A DNA stretch of 64,000 bases, from assembly GCA_031387725.1 (NCBI GenBank), contig JANNDM010000013.1, positions 7,134-71,133 of the forward strand. The letters are read 5' to 3'. This document shows, one piece after another, positions 35,153 through 44,432 of the stretch. Position 1 is the first letter of the stretch; every line of letters begins with the position of its first letter. Below the pieces are notes generated by a model. The model saw only the letters and a program-made list of their open reading frames with translations, did not search any database and was not told the DNA's origin. Both the position numbers and the translations under genes were made by a program. This stretch comes from Verrucomicrobiota bacterium (lineage in GTDB: Bacteria > Verrucomicrobiota > Verrucomicrobiia > Opitutales > Opitutaceae).

Positions 35153-37716
35153 TCTCGTTCCGTTTCACGTTTCTGGCCGGCCTGCTACTGGCTTCCGCTG
35201 CGGCCCAGTCCCCGGTGGCAAAATTCGACGGCGCCACGCCGCTTGAGTGGTCGCGCCGTCTGGCCGACTCCGAGATAAAGCGTCTCGGCATCTCGCTCGA
35301 AGCCAGCGCTTCCAATCCTCGCGCGCGCTGGGATTATTCACCCGGGGTGTTCGCCCTTGGGCTCGTGCGTCTCGGGGAAGCGACCGGCAACGACGCCTAC
35401 ATCCAGTTCGGCACGCGGGCCGTTGCTTCCCATGTCAACGCCGACGGCACGATCCAGGGTTACAAGGAGGAAGACTACAACATCGACAACATCCCGCCGG
35501 GCAAGGTGCTCCTTGCCGCCCTGGCCCGCGGGGAAAAGAACCCGGCTTATACGAAGGCGGCACAGTCCCTCCGCGCGCAAATGGCCACGCACCCGCGCAC
35601 CAGCGAGGGCGGCTTCTGGCACAAGCGGCGTTACCCGCACCAGATGTGGCTCGACGGTCTCTACATGGCCTCGCCCTACCTCGCGCAATACGGCGGCCTG
35701 TTCAAGGAACCGGCGCTCTTCGACGACGTGGCGAAGCAGATCATTCTGATGGACCGCCACAGTTATGATCCCGCCACGGGCCTCTTCTGGCACGCTTGGG
35801 ACGAGTCCCACGCGCAGAGTTGGGCCGACCCCCAGACCGGCTTCTCCCCCAATTTCTGGAGCCGCGCCATCGGCTGGTATGGCATGGCGATCGTGGACAC
35901 GCTTGATTTTCTCCCCGTCAACCAGCCGGAGATCGACGAGATCGTGAACATCCTCAGGCGCCTCGCCGACGGCGTGGTGCAGTGGCAGGACCCGGCTTCC
36001 GGCGTCTGGTGGCAGATTCCCAACCTCGGCCGCAAGGAAGGCAACTACCTCGAGGGTTCCGGCTCCGCGATGTTCGTCTACACCCTCGCGAAGGGCGTCA
36101 ACAAGGGCTACCTGCCGCGCGAGAAATACCTGCCCGCCATCCTGAAAGGTTACGCCGGCCTGATCCACACGCTCGTCAAGACCGACGCCAACGGTGCCGT
36201 CCGTCTCACGCAAATCTGTCAGGGTGCCGGGCTCGGCTACATGATGGTCGATGGCAAGACGCCGCGCGACGGCTCCTTTAAGTATTACATCTCCGAGCCC
36301 ATCGTGGACAACGATCCCAAGGGCACCGGCCCGTTCATCCTGGCCGGGATTGAAGTCGAAAAACTACTGTCGACCACCAGCCAGCCGCTGGTCGTGCGCG
36401 GCTGGGACTCGTTGCCGACTGTGCTGGCGCTGATCAAGGCGCCGGAGTTCGCGGCCCGTGATTTCCCTATCACCGATTTTGGCGCGAAGCCCGGTTCTGA
36501 TTGCACCGGCGCCATTGCCGCCGCGATCGAGGCCTGCACCAAGGCCGGAGGCGGCCGCGTCGTCGTGCCGGCGGGTGAATGGTTGACCGGCGCCATCCGA
36601 CTCAAGAGCAACGTCAACCTGCACGTCAGCGAGGGCGCCACGCTGCGCTGGGTCTTCGACCCGGCGAAGTATCCCGTGGTGTTCACGCGCTGGGAAGGCG
36701 TCGAGTGCATGAATTATTCCGCCTTTATCTACGCCTATGGGGAGGAAAACATCGCCGTCACCGGCACCGGCACGCTCGACGGCGGCGCCGACTGGGACAC
36801 GTGGTGGAGCTGGAACGACAAGTCAAAGGAGGGACCCGTGAGACAGAAACCCGCCCGCGACCGTCTGATCGAAATGGGCGAAAAGAACGTGCCGGTGACG
36901 GAGCGGGTCTTCGGCGAGGGTGGCTTCCTGCGGCCGAACTTCATCCAGCCTTACAAGTGCACAAACATTTTGATCGAGGGCGTGACCATCCTCCGCTCCC
37001 CGATGTGGGAAATCCACCCGGTCCTGTCCTCGAACATCACCGTCCGCGGCGTGCAGATCAATTCCCACGGTCCGAACAATGACGGTTTCGACCCCGAGTC
37101 CTGCCGCGACCTCCTGGTCGAGGACACCATCTTTGACACGGGCGACGACTGCATCGCCATCAAGTCCGGCCGCAATGGCGACGGCCGCCGCGTCAACGCG
37201 CCCACCGAGAACATGGTGATCCGCCGTTGTGTGATGAAGGACGGCCACGGTGGCGTGGTGCTCGGCTCGGAGTGCACCGGCGGCATCCGCAACATCTTCG
37301 TCGAGGACTGCACGATGGACAGCCCCCACCTCGACCGCGCCTTTCGCTTCAAGAACAACGCCGTGCGCGGCGGCGTGCTGGAGAATTTCTTCGCCCGCAA
37401 CGTGCAGATCGGCCGGGTGGGGGAAGCCGTGCTCACCATTGACCTGCTCTACGAGGAGGGCGCGCAGGGCGGGTTCAAGCCGGTCGTCCGCAACATCCAG
37501 CTGGACAACATCACCAGCTCCGCCAGTCCGCGCGTCATGTATGTCCGCGGTTTCGCGGGCGCGGTCATTGATAATATCCGCGTCAGCAATTCCACTTTCA
37601 GCGGCGTGACCGAGACGGAGGTTGTGGAGCATGCCGGGACCATCACGCTGCAACACGTCACCATCACGCCGGCGAAGGCGACCAAGAGCCTGAACACCGT
37701 GCCGGCCACGAAATAG
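35149..37716 (+). CDS. Fusion: GH105 unsaturated (rhamno)galacturonyl hydrolase + GH28 polygalacturonase
   Basis: N: WDYSPG, YNIDNI, GGFWHK..QMWLDGLYM, FWSRAIGW, EGSGSAMF. C: ITDFGA, VFTRWEGVE, NNDGFDPES, GDDCIAIKSG, GHGGVVLGSE. Confidence 0.9.
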   Translation: MISFRFTFLAGLLLASAAAQSPVAKFDGATPLEWSRRLADSEIKRLGISLEASASNPRARWDYSPGVFALGLVRLGEATGNDAYIQFGTRAVASHVNADGTIQGYKEEDYNIDNIPPGKVLLAALARGEKNPAYTKAAQSLRAQMATHPRTSEGGFWHKRRYPHQMWLDGLYMASPYLAQYGGLFKEPALFDDVAKQIILMDRHSYDPATGLFWHAWDESHAQSWADPQTGFSPNFWSRAIGWYGMAIVDTLDFLPVNQPEIDEIVNILRRLADGVVQWQDPASGVWWQIPNLGRKEGNYLEGSGSAMFVYTLAKGVNKGYLPREKYLPAILKGYAGLIHTLVKTDANGAVRLTQICQGAGLGYMMVDGKTPRDGSFKYYISEPIVDNDPKGTGPFILAGIEVEKLLSTTSQPLVVRGWDSLPTVLALIKAPEFAARDFPITDFGAKPGSDCTGAIAAAIEACTKAGGGRVVVPAGEWLTGAIRLKSNVNLHVSEGATLRWVFDPAKYPVVFTRWEGVECMNYSAFIYAYGEENIAVTGTGTLDGGADWDTWWSWNDKSKEGPVRQKPARDRLIEMGEKNVPVTERVFGEGGFLRPNFIQPYKCTNILIEGVTILRSPMWEIHPVLSSNITVRGVQINSHGPNNDGFDPESCRDLLVEDTIFDTGDDCIAIKSGRNGDGRRVNAPTENMVIRRCVMKDGHGGVVLGSECTGGIRNIFVEDCTMDSPHLDRAFRFKNNAVRGGVLENFFARNVQIGRVGEAVLTIDLLYEEGAQGGFKPVVRNIQLDNITSSASPRVMYVRGFAGAVIDNIRVSNSTFSGVTETEVVEHAGTITLQHVTITPAKATKSLNTVPATK

Positions 37717-37744
37717 CCCTGCCCCCAAACCCCGGAACAACCCG

Positions 37745-39151
37745 ATGAGCAAGCTGCACGAAATCAACGAACAGGTCGGCAAATACCGCTGGACGATCTG
37801 CAGCCTGGTCTTCTTTGCCACCACCATCAATTACCTCGATCGGAATGTGCTCGGCCTGTTGAAGCCGGTCCTGTCGGCGGATGGCGTGTTCGGCCCGGAC
37901 AAGGCGGCCCAGGAGCTGAACTACTCCACCGTCGTCATCTGCTTCCAGCTGGCCTACGCCATCGGCATGGTGCTGGCCGGCCGTTTGATCGACCGGGTTG
38001 GCACCAAGTCCGGCTACGCCTACTCGCTCATCGGCTGGAGCGTCGCGGCCATCGGCCATGCCTTCGGCCACCACACCTGGAGCTTCGGCTTCTGGCGCGC
38101 GGCGCTGGGTATCACCGAGGCCGGCAACTTTCCCGCCGCCAACAAAACCACGGCGGAGTGGTTCCCGAAGAAGGAACGCGCCCTCGCCACCGGCCTCTAT
38201 AATTCCGGCGCCAACGTCGGCGCCATCATCGCCCCGCTCTGCGTGCCGCAGATCGCCGCCGCCTGGGGCTGGGAGTGGGCCTTCATCCTCACCGGCGTCG
38301 TCGGCCTGATCTGGATCTTCTTCTGGTATCGGATGTATGATTCCCCGGCCGCGAAGCTGAAGTCCGGCCAGCTCTCCCCGGCCGAGTATGACTTCATCCA
38401 CAGCGACAAGGACGAGCAGGCCGAGGCCGCGGCCGCGGCCGGTCAGCCCAAGGCGAGTTGGGGCCGCCTGCTGGGCTTCCGCCAGACCTGGGCCTTTGTC
38501 CTGGGCAAGTTCCTCACCGATCCCGTCTGGTGGTTCTACATGTTCTGGCTGCCGGCCTTCCTCAACGGCGAGAACGCCCGCAAGGTCTCCGCCTATCTGG
38601 CGGCGCATCCGGATTTCACCGGGGACAAGGCCGCCATCCCCGGGGTCATCAGCTGGACGTTTGCTGTCGCCGTCGTCTACACCATCGCCACCGGCGGCTC
38701 GATCTTTGGCGGGTGGCTGCCGAAACGCTTCGTCAACGGCGGCATGGATCCCAACCAGGCGCGCAAACTCGCCATGTTCATCTTCGCGCTGTTCCCGCTC
38801 ACTGTGCTGGCGGCGTCCCGCCTCGGCGAGATCAACACCTGGCTGGCGGTCGGCACCATCGCCATCGCCTGCTCCGCCCACCAGGCGTGGTCGGCCAACA
38901 TCTTCACCACCGTCTCCGACATGTTTCCGAAGCGCGCCGTCGCCTCGGTGACCGGCATCGGCGGCATGGCCGGCGCCGTCGGCGGCATCCTGATCGCCCG
39001 CGCGGCGGGCGTGCTGCTGGCGCACTATACCGCCCTCGGCCGGGTCGAGGTCGGCTACGGCATCCTCTTTGTCATCTGCGGCTCCGCCTACATCGTCGCG
39101 TGGGTGCTCATGCACCTGCTCGTGCCGAAGTTCAAACAGATCCAGCTCTGA
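37745..39151 (+). CDS. MFS hexuronate transporter (ExuT-like)
   Basis: YRWTICSLVFFATTINYLDR, EAGNFPAANKTTAEWFPKKER, KFLTDPVWW. Confidence 0.88.
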   Translation: MSKLHEINEQVGKYRWTICSLVFFATTINYLDRNVLGLLKPVLSADGVFGPDKAAQELNYSTVVICFQLAYAIGMVLAGRLIDRVGTKSGYAYSLIGWSVAAIGHAFGHHTWSFGFWRAALGITEAGNFPAANKTTAEWFPKKERALATGLYNSGANVGAIIAPLCVPQIAAAWGWEWAFILTGVVGLIWIFFWYRMYDSPAAKLKSGQLSPAEYDFIHSDKDEQAEAAAAAGQPKASWGRLLGFRQTWAFVLGKFLTDPVWWFYMFWLPAFLNGENARKVSAYLAAHPDFTGDKAAIPGVISWTFAVAVVYTIATGGSIFGGWLPKRFVNGGMDPNQARKLAMFIFALFPLTVLAASRLGEINTWLAVGTIAIACSAHQAWSANIFTTVSDMFPKRAVASVTGIGGMAGAVGGILIARAAGVLLAHYTALGRVEVGYGILFVICGSAYIVAWVLMHLLVPKFKQIQL

Positions 39152-39153
39152 AC

Positions 39154-40215
39154 ATGACCCCCCGCCTCCGGCTGCTCCTCGTCCTTCTCCTGACGGCCGG
39201 CGCGGCCGCCGAGGCCGCCATCAGTTGGGGCGAAATCCATCAGCAGCCGGCGGCGTGGTATGCCGGGGCCGAGGCCCGCACTCTCGCCGCCAGCATCATC
39301 CAATACCAGACCCCCGCGGGCGGGTGGCCGAAGAACACCGACATGACCGCGCCGCCGTCCGCGGCCTATCTTGCGGAGACCAAATTCGATCATCGCGCGC
39401 CCACGATCGACAATGACGCCACCTTCACCCAACTGCGCTACCTCGCGCAGGTGATCACGGCGCATGATGACCCGGAGCTGCGGACCGCCTTCAACCGCGG
39501 TTTCGATTACCTGCTCGCGGCCCAATACCCCAACGGCGGCTGGCCGCAGTATTTCCCGCTGATCAATGGCTACTACACCCACATCACCTACAACGATGAC
39601 GCCATGGTCAATGTGCTCACCCTTCTGCGCGCTGCGGCGCATGGTAAACCGCCCTACGCCTTCGTGGACGCCACCCGCCGGGCGCAGGCGTCGGCGGCGG
39701 TGGAAAAGGGCATCGCTTGCATCCTGCGCACGCAGGTGAAGCAGGACGGCTGGCTCACCGTCTGGTGCGCGCAGCACGACGAGACGACCCTCGCTCCCGC
39801 CGGAGCGCGCAACTTCGAGCCCGCGAGTTTATCGGGTGACGAGAGCGCAGGTCTTGTGCGCTTTCTGATGGAGGTGGAAAACCCCGCGCCGGAAATCATC
39901 GCCGCCATCGAGGGGGCCGTGGCGTGGTTCCGGGCGGTGGCGGTCCACGGGGTGCGCGTCGAGGAAGTTACGGATGCGGAGGGCAAGAAGGATCGCCGCG
40001 CGGTCTCCGATCCCACAGCTCCGCCAATCTGGGCCCGCTTCTATGAGTTGGGCACGAATCGGCCGGTCTTCACGGGTCGCGACAAAGTCATCCGCTACGA
40101 TTTCAACGCCATCGAACGCGAGCGGCGCGCCGGATATAATTATTTCGGCAACTGGCCCGCCCGCCTGCTGGAGAAGGACCACCCGCGCTGGCGCGCCAAA
40201 AACAAACGGCCATGA
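39154..40215 (+). CDS. Pectate lyase, PL10 (PelA/Pel-15E type)
   Basis: GGWPKN, TIDNDAT, AQYPNGGWPQ, ITYNDDAM, WCAQHD, IWARFYE, ERRAGY; start MTPRL. Confidence 0.88.
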   Translation: MTPRLRLLLVLLLTAGAAAEAAISWGEIHQQPAAWYAGAEARTLAASIIQYQTPAGGWPKNTDMTAPPSAAYLAETKFDHRAPTIDNDATFTQLRYLAQVITAHDDPELRTAFNRGFDYLLAAQYPNGGWPQYFPLINGYYTHITYNDDAMVNVLTLLRAAAHGKPPYAFVDATRRAQASAAVEKGIACILRTQVKQDGWLTVWCAQHDETTLAPAGARNFEPASLSGDESAGLVRFLMEVENPAPEIIAAIEGAVAWFRAVAVHGVRVEEVTDAEGKKDRRAVSDPTAPPIWARFYELGTNRPVFTGRDKVIRYDFNAIERERRAGYNYFGNWPARLLEKDHPRWRAKNKRP

Positions 40216-41306
40216 GCAGGCGCAGCAGAAGGTGGAGCGCGTCCGGCTTGTCCGCCATAGCCTTGGCGACGGCGGAAGGCCGCGTTCCACCCGCAATCCT
40301 GTTGCTGGCGCTGGCAATGGGCATCGCCACCACCCTGTCCGCATCCTCTCAGCCCGCCGCCAGTCCCGCCGCAACCCTCCAGCCCGACGCCATCGTCGCC
40401 GCGGACGGCAGCGGCCAATATGTTTCACTGCAGGAGGCCATCAGCGCGGCCCCGATGCAGACCGACAACACCGCGCCCCGCTGGGTCATTTTCGTCAAGG
40501 CCGGCACTTACCGGGAGCTGGTCTACGTCCAGCGTGAGCGCGGCCACATCCAGGTCATCGGGGAGGACCGGGTGAAGACGATCATCGTCTACCACCAGCA
40601 CGCCAACCTCCCGGGTCCGGACGGCAAACCCATCGGCACGTTTCGCACGCCCACCGTGCAGATTGATGGCGATGGCATGATCTGGGAAAACCTCACGATC
40701 GCCAACGACGCCGGCCGGCCCGGCCCGCGCCCCGCCGGTCCAGTTGGTCAGGCGGTCGCCCTCCGCGCCGACGGTGACCGCCTTACGTTTCGCCATTGCC
40801 GGTTCCTCGGCTGGCAGGACACTCTGCTCCTCAACCGCGGTCGGCATTACTTGGTGGACTGTTACATCGAGGGCAGCGTGGACTTCATCTTCGGCGCGGC
40901 CACGGCGTATTTCGACCGCTGCCACATTCACGCGCTGGCGGATGGCTACCTTACGGCCGCTTCCACGCCGAAGGAGAAGACCGGTGGTTTCAACTTTGCC
41001 GACTGCAAGATCACCGGGGCCGAGGGCGTGAAAACCTATCTCGGCCGCCCGTGGCGGGAGTTCGCCCAGACGGTGTTTCTCCGCACCGAGATGTCCGCCG
41101 CCGTGCGACCCGAGGGCTGGCACAACTGGAACAAGCCCGGCGCCGAGCGGACGACCTTCTACGCCGAGTTCGGCAGCACCGGTCCGGGTGCCAACGATGC
41201 CGCCCGGGTCAAGTGGGCTCAGCCGCTCACCGCCGCCGTTGCCGCCTCGCTCACGCCTGCCAAAACCCTCGCCGGCCACGACGGTTGGAATCCCGCCAAG
41301 CCATGA
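40212..41306 (+). CDS. Pectinesterase (CE8)
   Basis: VAADGSG, QAVALR, GWQDTL, IEGSVDFIFG, YLGRPW, WHNW, YAEFGSTGPGA. ATGA overlap with the PL10 stop. Confidence 0.88.
   Translation: MSRRSRRWSASGLSAIALATAEGRVPPAILLLALAMGIATTLSASSQPAASPAATLQPDAIVAADGSGQYVSLQEAISAAPMQTDNTAPRWVIFVKAGTYRELVYVQRERGHIQVIGEDRVKTIIVYHQHANLPGPDGKPIGTFRTPTVQIDGDGMIWENLTIANDAGRPGPRPAGPVGQAVALRADGDRLTFRHCRFLGWQDTLLLNRGRHYLVDCYIEGSVDFIFGAATAYFDRCHIHALADGYLTAASTPKEKTGGFNFADCKITGAEGVKTYLGRPWREFAQTVFLRTEMSAAVRPEGWHNWNKPGAERTTFYAEFGSTGPGANDAARVKWAQPLTAAVAASLTPAKTLAGHDGWNPAKP
40231..40291. repeat. GTGG-type REP-like element with internal palindrome, inside CE8 N-terminus
   Basis: GGTGGAGCGCG (40231-40241) .. CGCGTTCCACC (40281-40291) enclosing TGTCCGCCATAGCCTTGGCGACGGCGGAAG. 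Confidence 0.72.
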
Positions 41307-42901
41307 TCCGCCGGTTGCGTTGGCTGTTCCCGGCCATCTGGCCGTCACTGATTTGGGCCACCGTTTGGTCACCCGATCGCGGGGATGGCACCTATCAGAA
41401 CCCTGTCATTCATGCCGACTACTCGGATCCGGATGCGATCCGCGTAGGCGATGATTTTTGGATGACATCGTCGAGCTTCAATCACGTGCCGGGCCTGCCC
41501 ATTCTGCACTCACGCGATTTGGTGAACTGGGAGCTCGTCGCCCACGCGCTGCCGAAGCTTGGGCCGGAGGACGTGTTCCGCAGCCCGCAACACGGCAAGG
41601 GGGTGTGGGCGCCGGCCCTCCGGTTTCACGCGGGTAAATATTGGATCTATTATCCCGACCCGGATTTTGGCCTCTATGTGGTGACCGCCGCCGATCCGCG
41701 CGGCCCATGGAGCGCGCCGGTGCTGGTGAAGGGCGGCAAGGGCCTGATCGATCCGTGCCCGTTGTGGGACGACGACGGGCGCGTCTACTTGATCCACGCG
41801 TGGGCGAAAAGCCGTTCGGGCATCAACAACCGGCTCACGCTGCTCGAACTGGACCGGGATGGCACAAAAGTGCTCACCGACCTGGGCACGATCATCGATG
41901 GGGACAAGCTGCCGGGTTACACGACGCTCGAGGGCCCCAAGCTCTACCAGCGCAACGGCTGGTATTACGTCTTCGCCCCGGCGGGCGGTGTGGCCACCGG
42001 CTGGCAGTCCGTCTTCCGCTCCAAAAACATCCGCGGTCCCTATGAGGACCGCATCGTGCTCGCGCAGGGCAAGTCACCCATCAATGGCCCGCACCAGGGC
42101 GCGCTGGTCGACACCCCGTCCGGCGAGTCGTGGTTCCTCCATTTCCAAGACAAGGGTGCCCATGGCCGCGTCGTGCACCTGCAGCCGGTGAAGTGGGTTG
42201 ATGACTGGCCGCTGCTGGGCACCGGTGTCGCGACCGGCGCCGCGAAGGGTGAGCCCGTGCTCGTGCACCAGAAACCCGCGCTGCCGCCGCAACCGGTCGC
42301 CGTGCCGCCCACCAGCGACGACTTCGCCGCGCCGGCCCTCGGTCTCCAGTGGCAGTGGCAGGCCAATCCCGGGGATGGGTGGTTTTCGCTCGCCGCGAAA
42401 CCGGGCCACCTGCGGCTTTTCGCCCAGCCCGCGCCCAAGCCCGGCAACCTCTACGACGCGCCGTTCCTGCTCATGCAGAAATTCCCGGCCCCGGAGTTCA
42501 CCGTCACAACGAAATTTGAGTTCGCACCCAAGGCGGACGGCGACAGTGCGGGCCTGATGGTCTTCGGCCACGATTACGCCTGGCTCGGGCTCCGGCAGAT
42601 CGACGGCACCGCGGCGCTTGTGCGGGCCGTGCGCAAGGACGCTCCGAAAGGTGAACCGCAGGAAGTGGAAATTCTGGTCCGCGCGGTTAAAGGGCCGGTC
42701 TCCCTGCGGGTCAGCGTCGGGCCCGCCGCCGCTTGCCAGTTTTCATGGAGTCAGGACGGCGAACATTTTCTGCCGGTGGGCGGACAGTTCACCGCCACCG
42801 TCGGCCGCTGGGTCGGAGCCAAAGTCGGACTGTTCGCGAACGGGGCGGCCGGCGCGACGGCGGATTTCAATTGGTTGCGCGTCAGCCCGACCGAAAATTG
42901 A
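41303..42901 (+). CDS. GH43 glycoside hydrolase with C-terminal beta-sandwich
   Basis: NPVIHADYSDPD, GVWAP, IDPCP, EGPK, GPHQG, WQWQANP, RWVGAKVGLF. Confidence 0.88.
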   Translation: MIRRLRWLFPAIWPSLIWATVWSPDRGDGTYQNPVIHADYSDPDAIRVGDDFWMTSSSFNHVPGLPILHSRDLVNWELVAHALPKLGPEDVFRSPQHGKGVWAPALRFHAGKYWIYYPDPDFGLYVVTAADPRGPWSAPVLVKGGKGLIDPCPLWDDDGRVYLIHAWAKSRSGINNRLTLLELDRDGTKVLTDLGTIIDGDKLPGYTTLEGPKLYQRNGWYYVFAPAGGVATGWQSVFRSKNIRGPYEDRIVLAQGKSPINGPHQGALVDTPSGESWFLHFQDKGAHGRVVHLQPVKWVDDWPLLGTGVATGAAKGEPVLVHQKPALPPQPVAVPPTSDDFAAPALGLQWQWQANPGDGWFSLAAKPGHLRLFAQPAPKPGNLYDAPFLLMQKFPAPEFTVTTKFEFAPKADGDSAGLMVFGHDYAWLGLRQIDGTAALVRAVRKDAPKGEPQEVEILVRAVKGPVSLRVSVGPAAACQFSWSQDGEHFLPVGGQFTATVGRWVGAKVGLFANGAAGATADFNWLRVSPTEN

Positions 42902-42946
42902 GATACGGCCGGAGCCGGTGCGATCACGATGATTGGTCGCCCGGCT

Positions 42947-44191
42947 TCACCGCCGTGCGACCAGGGCTCGGGATTCTGTGTGCAGCTTGGCGCGATGCAA
43001 CGCCTCGAGAAAATAATAGTCGGCGTAGCTGATCGGTGTATCGATCTCGCTGTTTTTGGGCATGTTGCCGGTGCAATGCATGAGGAGGAATCCGCCATTG
43101 GTGCCGAGCTTGGCGAGATAGGCCGGCGTGGCGAGGCTGCGAAGTTGCCCTTCGGCGAAGTCGGCGTAGCGCGCGGCGGCGGCGGCGTCGCCGGTGAGAC
43201 CGGCGAGTTCGAAGAGGGCAGAGCAGATCACCGCACCCGCTGAGGCGTCGCGGGGCGTGTGGGGAATACCGGGGGCATCGAAATCCCAGTAAGGGATTTT
43301 GTCGGCGGGCAAACGCGGGTGATTCATGATGAACGCGGCGACTTTCTCGGCTTGGGCGAGGTAGCGCGGGTCGTGGGTCTCGCGATACATCATCGTGTAG
43401 CCATGGAGGGCCCAGCCTTGGCCGCGGGCCCACGAGGAATTATCGGCGGCGCCTTGGTGGGTGACTCGCTTGATGACCGTGCCCGTTTCCGGATCGTAGT
43501 CGACGACATGGAATGAGCTGTGGTCCGCCCGAAAGTGGTTTTTCAAAGTGGTGTCCGCGTGCGCCAGAGCGATTTCTCGAGCATGGGAATCACCACCGTT
43601 TCGCGCCGCCCAGAGCATCAGCTCCAGGTTCATCATGTTATCGATGATGACGGGAAAGGTGAAAGTGCCGACGCCGTGATCCCAAGATTTGAGGCAGCCG
43701 ACGATGGGATTGAAACGGGTGCTGAGCGAGGCCGCACCTTGGAGCAGCACGGGGCGATAGGCGGGGTTACCCGTCAAGCGGAGGCCATTGCCATAGCTAC
43801 AATAGAGAATGAAGCCAACGTCGTGGGTCTTCGTGTTATACTGCTCGGGGGCGAGCATCGCGGTGTAACGCTCGGCGGCGCTGCGCCACTTGGCGTCGCC
43901 CGTGGCCTCGAAGAGATACCACAGGGTGCCGGGAAAAAAGCCGCTCGTCCAGTCGCGGGTGGCGACGGCGATGAGTTTGCCCTGCTCAAAGCTGCGGGGC
44001 ATTGGATCCGCAGCGTCGGCCGGCAGGTGCGCGAGCATCCACTCGTATTGCTGGGCCGACGCTGCGACCGCCTCCTGAATGACTTTGCGCAATGGGACCG
44101 GTGCGGTCGTGGTGCAGGCCGAGGAGAGCAGCACCAGAAACAAAGCCGGCAGCAGTTGCAGGGGACGAAAGCGACCAAGGAGAGAGTTCAT
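42947..44191 (-). CDS. GH88 unsaturated glucuronyl hydrolase, probable lipoprotein
   Basis: LSSAC lipobox-like; DWTSGFFPG, THDVGF, VIIDNMMNL, WARGQGW, DASAG, YADYYFLEAL. Confidence 0.88.
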   Translation of the reverse strand: MNSLLGRFRPLQLLPALFLVLLSSACTTTAPVPLRKVIQEAVAASAQQYEWMLAHLPADAADPMPRSFEQGKLIAVATRDWTSGFFPGTLWYLFEATGDAKWRSAAERYTAMLAPEQYNTKTHDVGFILYCSYGNGLRLTGNPAYRPVLLQGAASLSTRFNPIVGCLKSWDHGVGTFTFPVIIDNMMNLELMLWAARNGGDSHAREIALAHADTTLKNHFRADHSSFHVVDYDPETGTVIKRVTHQGAADNSSWARGQGWALHGYTMMYRETHDPRYLAQAEKVAAFIMNHPRLPADKIPYWDFDAPGIPHTPRDASAGAVICSALFELAGLTGDAAAAARYADFAEGQLRSLATPAYLAKLGTNGGFLLMHCTGNMPKNSEIDTPISYADYYFLEALHRAKLHTESRALVARR

Positions 44192-44206
44192 GAGGGAAAG
44201 AAAGAA

Positions 44207-44300
44207 TCAGGAAGCGGGGGCGGCGGGACGTGTGACGCGAAAATGACGGATCGCCAGATGGGACCGCACGGTGCGGAAAGCAAAATACCCGGAGGTGAGC
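44207..44300 (-). pseudogene. Orphan 3' remnant of a DUF6250-like gene
   Basis: Reads LTSGYFAFRTVRSHLAIRHFRVTRPAAPAS* versus intact LRSGYFAFRTVRAHLAIRHFRVGVPTTPAS* (2112-2810). In-frame stop at 44330-44332 and no start codon upstream. Confidence 0.75.
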
Positions 44301-44432
44301 GCATGCTTTGCCGGTTGCGGAGTGTTTTGTCAACGGGGTTGCCGCGAAGCACGACGGCCCGGAGTGGTTCTCGTGACACCAGTGCAATCCGGATTGGCCT
44401 TCAGCGTCATCCCGGCCATCTTACCGCTCCGT

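Noticed and set aside
38458-42901. ORF-track entries of 585 aa and 701 aa suggesting larger fusion proteins
   Set aside because: N-terminal extensions are off-frame overlaps with preceding genes; signal peptides start at 39154 and 41303.
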